Positions 54,381 to 64,000 of a stretch of 64,000 bases of DNA are shown here, in pieces. The stretch comes from the human T2T-CHM13v2.0 reference genome, Homo sapiens. The stretch is from NCBI RefSeq assembly GCF_009914755.1, contig NC_060926.1, one strand, 5' to 3'. Both the position numbers and the translations under genes were made by a program. The notes below the pieces were generated by a model. The model did no database searches. It was not told the DNA's origin and worked only from the letters and a program-made list of their open reading frames with translations. Within the stretch, counting starts at the first letter, position 1. Each line of letters starts with the position of its first letter.

Positions 54381-55309
54381 AACATTTTTTTTCTTTGTAC
54401 GTATTACCATCTAAAAACGCAAACATTTTTGTTTTTTTCCAAATCTGCTATGACTTTTTTCTGATTTAATGCACAACCTAGAATCTCTTGTCCAATATCG
54501 AATAAAAGTGGTGAAAATTAGCCTTTTGTTTTTTATTCCCAATTAAACAGAAAAAATTTCAACATTTCTCCTATAATAATACATGCTCTAGATAAAAGGT
54601 AAATGCCAAAAGATAAATTTTCAGATAGAAAAGCTCCTTCCATCTCAAGTTCGCTGTTTTTTAAGTGAATGTATATTAAGTTTTATCAATAATATGTGCA
54701 AGTGTTAAGAATATTATTTGAATTTACCTCTATTATATAATATACAGCACATTACATTAATGATATTGAATGAAAGAATATTTTGTTTTAAACTTATCTT
54801 GAGCACATTAAATTATTATTTCTTACTGTTGGATTCATTTTCTTAATATTATCTTTAAGACGTTTTTGTTTTATGTGTAGATGAGTGAGATATGTTTGTA
54901 ATTTGACTCTGTTAAACTATCCTGCTCAACAGATTTTGATATTTCATACAAATGAGTTGAGATGTATTATTGTTTGCTTAAATATTTGGTAACAACGCAG
55001 TGCTAATGTCTTCCGGAAACGGAAATGTAAAGAAATTTTTGAGTAACGTTTTTTAGTAAAAATAACACTCTTCATATTTTCTCTTTCATTTTACAGAAAT
55101 TTGGTACAGATATTTAAATATAGTTCAATTACGTTATTCATAATATTCTCTCATGATTTTTTTAATGTCTATTAAAAATGTTTTGTGCCATTTTACTCCT
55201 GATTCCTCACAGGTTATTTTTCATCCACTTGTTTTGTTACTTACTGAAAGTGGTTTGTTCAAAACCTCTGACTATATTGTGAAAGACGTTGCCCCACGTG
55301 GGTGCCCTG

Positions 55310-55577
55310 AGCACTTTGGGAGGCAGAGGCAGGTGGATCACGAGGTCAGGAGTTCGAGACCAGCCTGGCCAATGTGGTGAAACCCCGTCTCTACTAAAAA
55401 TACAAAAATTAGCCAGGCGTGGTGGCGGATGCCTGTAGTCCCAGCTACTCGGGAGTGAGGCAGGAGAATGGCGTGAACTCGGGAGGTGGTGCTTGCAGTG
55501 AGCGGGGATCGCGCCAATGTACTCCAGCCTGGGCGATAGAGCGAGACTCCGTCTCAAAAAAATAAAAAAATAAAAAA

Positions 55578-55612
<35 letters not shown>

Positions 55613-55613
55613 A
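55310..55613 (+). mobile_element. 5'-truncated Alu, Sg-like left arm and Y-like right arm, (AAAT)n tail
   Basis: Starts at agcactttggg; no TSD found. Confidence 0.9.
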
Positions 55614-56505
55614 GGAAAATAATTTGAATAGACATTAGACATTTCTCCAGAGAAGATATACCAATAGCCAATAAACCCGTGAAAAGATGTTCAACAACAG
55701 TCATCATCAGGAAAATACAAATCAAAATTTCAGTGAGATAACACTCTACACCCACAAGAATGGCTGTTACAAAAAGAGAAAGAGAAGAAAAAGTGTTTTG
55801 GTAAGAATGTGGAGAAACTGTAACGTACCCATTGAAGGTGGGAATGTAAAATGGCGCAACTGCTGTGGAAAACAGTTTATCACTTCCTCAAAACGTTATA
55901 CATGGAACTACCTTATGACCCAGCAGTGTCACTCCTAGGTCCATGTCTAAAGTAACTGAAAGCGGAGGCCTGAAGAGATAATGTTATGCCAATATTAATA
56001 GTAGAATTATTCACAATAATCAAAAGGTAGAAAGCAATCCAAATGTCCATTAACAAATGGGTAAATAAACTGTGACGTACACAGACAATTGGATATTATT
56101 AACAGCCATAAAAAGAAATAAAATTATCAGCCATAAAAAGAAATAAAAATAAATAAAATTTTGATATGTTACAACATGGATAAATCTTAAACACATTATG
56201 CTAAGTGAAATAAGCCAGACATGTAAAGTCAAATAGCATATTGATTCCACTTATGTGAGGTACCTAGAATAGGCAAGTTTGCAGAGACCAAAAGTAGAAT
56301 AGAGGTTATCAGGGCATGAGGGAAGTTGAAAATGGGAAGGTATTGTTTAATAGGTCAGATTTTATTTTGGGGGCAATGGCAAGTTTTGGGTAGAGGTAAT
56401 GGTGATGATTACACAACACTGTGAATGTTTCAATGGCACTGAGTTGTGTACGCTTACAAACGGTTAAAATTATACATATCTTGTTATATACATTTTAACA
56501 CCATA
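55614..56505 (+). mobile_element. L1MB-type ORF2 end and 3'UTR
   Basis: agacatttctccagagaagatatac; attccacttatgtgaggtacctagaatag; ggtgatgattacacaacactgtgaatg. Confidence 0.8.
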
Positions 56506-56988
56506 ACAGAAACTATATTATAAGCAAAACTTATTTTAAAAAGACAACTGACAAATTGAAATAAAGTATTTTAATTTATATAAAAGGCAATAGCTAACAT
56601 CAAAAACATATTTAAAAATTATCATATATCAATAATAAATAATTTAAAAATGTAAATAAGTAAAAAATATATAATTAATTTTAAAATAAAATATCACTAA
56701 CCAGTAAGTGAATAAAAATATGCCCAACTTCATTAGCAATTGCAGCAATAAGAATCAAAACAATGGCCAGATTAAAGAAAAAATAAAAGAATAATTCAAC
56801 TATTTGTACATGTAAGAATAATATATTTATATATAGTTCATGATAGTATACATTGAAATAACACTTTTGCAAGCAATTTGGCAGTTTCTAAAACAACAAC
56901 AACAAAAGCAAATTTACACATATTCATCCAGCAATTCTAGGTAACTATTTACAAAAATAAATTTGTATAAGAAGATGTTTATTGTAAC

Positions 56989-57271
56989 TTTTTTTTTTTG
57001 ACGTGGAGTTCCATTCTGTCTCCCAAGCTGGAGAGCAATGGCACAATCTTGGCTCACTGAAACCTCCATCTCCCAGGTTCAAGCAATTCTCCTGCCTCAG
57101 CCTCCCAAATAGCTGAGATTACAGGTGCCCGCCACCATGCCCAGCTAATTTTGTATTTTTAGTAGAGATGGGGTTTCACCATGTTGGCCTCGAACTCCTG
57201 ACATCAGGTGATCCACCTGTCTTGACCTCCCAAAGTGCTGGAATTACAATTGTGAGCCACCACTTCCGGCC
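56989..57271 (-). mobile_element. AluS
   Basis: Reverse Alu with a small internal deletion; short TSD attgta. Confidence 0.9.
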
Positions 57272-58389
57272 CATTGTAGAATTCTTAAGAAGAGCAGAAA
57301 CACTGACTATAATCTGTAGTTCCATCAGCAGAAAAAAAAAAAAAACATAGAACAAACTATGAAAGACTCTGAAATTAACATAAAAGGAATAGGGAGTCTA
57401 TTTTTCATACTGTCTAGGTTATGTCTGCCTGTAAGACTCTGAAAAATTTTGTAAATAGTAGAAAACTGGAAGTACTAGATATGATTCATTTACTTAGACA
57501 TGCAAATCATTTGAGACCACTGGAGCTGTCCATATTGGCCAACTTTTGTAGGTATCTATACATTTATTTTGAAGTATTTAATTGTGCATGTACATGTTTG
57601 TGTATGTGTTGTGTGTATGTATATATATTGAATTATTTGAATCAGTTGTAACATCTCTGTATTTTTATTACTTGATGACCTAAATTAAATTTCTGACAAG
57701 TTACTTTATATTTCTGTGATAATCTTTATATTATCCTTTAAAGTTTTTTATTTAACACCATAATTAGGAAAATATTAAAATATATTATTTTTCCATCTAT
57801 ATTAGTGAATACCACAGGAGTTAACAGAAATAAGTCTGAGCCATATGTTCTATTATGGGAGGTTCTTTGAGAAATACCATTAATTTAATAACTTGCAACA
57901 ATAAGTACAATTCTATCTTAAATTTTGCATATGTAGAAAAATACACACTTATTCTGTAAACTGTTAACTCAGGCTAGTATATGATTTTTCATCCAAGCGG
58001 GCATATTTCTGTGAATCTAAAATATCTCCATTAATTTACACCAGATTAGCAGGTTTAAAGTTGGCATACATGATCATTTAATTCCTAAGAATTGTTACTT
58101 CTGGGAAAGAACACGGAATTTATTTTTTTGTTATCCTAATATTTTCTCTTAACAATAAAAAATATAGTTAATAACTCTACAGAATAAAGTAGAAGGAAAT
58201 ACAAGCAATACAAAAACATTTTTAATTGGTTGAGCTAAAAATATACTGTGAAATACAACTTTGATTACATTGTGGTTAATAGGTCAAATATTTAACAATG
58301 AGGATTGATTAAACAAATTATGGAACAAGTGTGAGATAACCCGTTTCATGGCTTTTAAAATTGCATTTTCAAAAATGCATATTTACAGG

Positions 58390-59322
58390 TATTAGGGAAA
58401 CAGGAGCCTAGGAGAGCAGGGTGACACCACTGTGAAATCAACTCCATCTTAAAACCAGCAAGGCACATTCCTTCCCAGTCACAACCCATGGTCCTAAGAT
58501 GTTTACAGCTAAGGAAGCAGGTTGGTAATCCCTGCAAAGACACACTCCTACAACAACAGAAAGTCTAGATAGCCCAATACCCTTAATAATATATGCTTTC
58601 AAAATAATTATGTTTATGCTTTGATATACTCACATATGAAACTGTCAAGCATAATTTTCTTTAAATAAATAGAATAATGCTATTATTCTCAGCAAACTAA
58701 CACAGGAACAGAAAACCAAGCACCGCATGTTCTCACTCATAAGTGGAAGTTGAACAATGAGAACACATGAACACAAGGAGGGGATCATCACACACTGGGG
58801 CCTATTGGGGGATGGGGGGCAAGGGGAGGGAGAGCATTAGGACAAATACCTAATGCATGCAGGTCTTAAAACCTAGATGGCAGGTTGATTGGTGTTGCAA
58901 ACAAACCACCATGGAACATGTATACCTACATAATAAACCTGCAAGTTCTGCACATGTATCCCAGACATTAAAGTTTAAAAAAAGGGGGGATATGTCCAAA
59001 AAAGTTTAAATATACATATATATATATATATAAATGAAATAAACAAATAAATAGAATAATACATTTTGCCATGCTATTTGCTCACCCTCACGTAGTCACA
59101 GCTTGGTTTAATCTTTATATAGATGAGACTGCTCTGTAAGAAAAAAACAAAGACAGTGCATTCATCTGCATGCTACCTGAAGATACCCTACTCTGTAATG
59201 AAATAGCTTTCAATAAACTGTCTCTTCTCAGTGCACTCTGTGACTCACCTTGAATTCTTTCCTGTGCAAGATCCAAGAACCCTCTCTGGGAATCTGGATC
59301 GAGATCCCTTTTTCCAATAACA
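58390..59322 (+). mobile_element. MER41-family (MER41E-like) solo LTR interrupted by an L1PA
   Basis: Starts tattagggaaacaggagcctaggagag; aataaa near 59212; ends caagatccaagaaccctct...tccaataaca; flanks cagg/tagg. Confidence 0.72.
58679..59044 (+). mobile_element. Short L1PA7/8 3' fragment
   Basis: ggacaaatacctaatgcatgc...cttaaaacctagatg; 16-bp TSD aaataaatagaataat at 58663-58678 and 59045-59060. Confidence 0.9.
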
Positions 59323-60243
59323 TAGGGAAGATACTCATTCTATAATATAAAGTTTTTTAAAAGGCAATGTATAAACAGTATAGAAACAGTGTCATTCTAA
59401 ATAAAAACGTGGAAGAAAATAACATAACTATGTCTAAAAGAACAATATGTTGTATGCATTATCCTCTTTACATTTACCAACATTTTGGCAGTGTTCATTT
59501 ATCTCTGTTTCAATAAGAAAACACACACACACACACACATGAAACACCACATTTTTACTTGATGCTAAGGCTATGGCAGCTGTCTTGTTTATAATCCAGA
59601 AGTTTCTATGTCTAAACCATTGGCCAAATAAAATAATTCACCAACTTCAATAATCCAGACAAATACACTAAAGAGGAGAGGTAGGAACAGCAATTTAAAC
59701 ATTTATTGCATACTCTGGGCCAAGAACAAGGTGTTTACATATCTGACAAGGCTTTTAAACCTGTGACAAGATGTTTACATGTATCTTTCAAAGGATACTG
59801 AAAATTCTTTAGTGAAAGAGAACTGAGCTTTGAAGAGAGTAGTGGAGTTTGAGATCTGAGAACGGACAGACTACCTCCTCAAGTGGGTCCCTGACCCCGA
59901 GTAGCCTAACTGGGAGGTACCCCTCAGTAGGGGCAGACTGACACCTCATGCGGCCGGGTAACCCTCTGAGACGAAACTTCCAGAGAAATGATGAGACAGC
60001 AACATTGCTGTTCAGCAATATTCACTGTTCTGCAGCCTCCGCTGCTGATACCCAGGCAAACAGGGTCTGGAGTGAACCTCCGGCAAACAGGGTCTGGAGT
60101 GAACCTCCAGCAAACTCCAACAGACCTGCAGCTGAGGGTACTGACTGTTAGAAGGAAAACTAACAAACAAAAAGGACATCCACACCAAAACCCCATCTAT
60201 ACATCACCATTATCAAAGACCAAAGGTAGATAAAACCACAAAG

Positions 60244-61260
60244 ATGGGGAAAAAACAGAGCAGAAAAACTGAAAATTCAAAAAATCAGAGCGCCTCTCCT
60301 CCTCCAAAAGAACGCAGCTCCTCACCAGCAACGGAACAAAGCTGGATGGAGAATGACTCTGACGAGTTGAGAGAAGAAGGCTTCAGATGATCAAACTTCT
60401 CTGAGCTAAAGGAGGAAGTTCGAAACCATCGCAAAGAAGTTTAAAAACCTTGAAAAAAGATTAGACGAATGGCTAACTAGAATAACCAATGTAGAGAAGT
60501 CCTTAAATGACCTGATGGAGCTGAAAACCATGGCACGAGAACTACGTGACGAATGCATAAGCGTCAGTAGCAGATTCAATCAGCTGGAATAAAGGGTATC
60601 AGTGATTGAAGATCAAATGAATGAAATGAAGCAAGAAGAGAAGTTTAGAGAAAAAATAATAAAAAGAAATTACAAAGCCTCCAAGAAATATGGGACTATG
60701 TGAAAAGACTAAATCTACGTCTGATTGCTGTACCTGAAAGCAACGGGGAGAATGGAATCAAGTTGGAAAACACTCTGCAGGATATTATCCAGGAGAACTT
60801 CCCCAACCTAGCAAGGCAGGCCAACATTCAAATTCAGGAAATACAGAGAACATCACAAAGACACTCTTCGAGAAGAGCAACTCCAAGACACATAACTGTC
60901 AGATTCACCAAAATTGAAATGAAGGAAAAAGTATTAAGGGCAGCCAGAGAGAAAGGTGGGGTTACCCACAAAGGGAAGTCCATCAGACTATCAGCTGATC
61001 TCTCGGCAGAAACTCTACAAGCCAGAAGAGAGTGGGGGCCAATATTCAACATTCTTAAAGAAAAGAATTTTCAATCCAGAATTTCATATCCAGCCAAACT
61101 AAGCTTCATAAGTGAAGGAGAAATAAAATACTTTACAGACAAGCAAATGCTGAGAGATTTTGTCACCACCAGGCCTGCCCTAAAAGAGCTCCTGAAGGAA
61201 GCACTAAACATGGAAAGGAACAACCGGTACCAGCCACTGTAAAAACATGCCAAATTGTAA
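60244..61260 (+). pseudogene. L1 ORF1p, disrupted
   Basis: ATG GGG AAA AAA CAG at 60244; premature stops; C-terminal 180-aa frame 60700-61242 (RLSADLSAETLQARREWG, YPAKLS). Confidence 0.92.
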
Positions 61261-61323
61261 AGACCATCAAGGCTAGGAAGAAACTGCATCAACTAACGAG
61301 CAAAATAACCAGCTAACATCATA

Positions 61324-64000
<2,677 letters not shown>

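Overview
This is primate (probably human or great-ape) non-genic DNA. It is AT-rich and dominated by transposable elements, with roughly half or more being LINE-1 by eye. I found no host protein-coding exon, RNA gene or CpG island, and the only recognisable proteins in the ORF track are decayed L1 ORF1p/ORF2p fragments. The window holds four long L1s of different ages: L1MB-like ~0.9-8.9 kb, L1MA/L1M1-like 34.2-41.1 kb, L1PA16/17-like 41.6-46.1 kb and L1PA5-like 59.8 kb to the end. It also has four short L1PA insertions (two with twin-priming 5' inversions and clear TSDs), 11 Alus, solo LTRs (MLT1D, MER52, MER39, two MST/THE1, MER41-family), MIR/L2 remnants and microsatellites. Subfamily names come from recalled consensus motifs and need RepeatMasker/Dfam confirmation. 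I did not find a previously undescribed biological system. The observations worth checking are mechanistic and evolutionary scars: inversions, nesting, small duplications, a mosaic Alu and a duplication beside the ZNF93 site.
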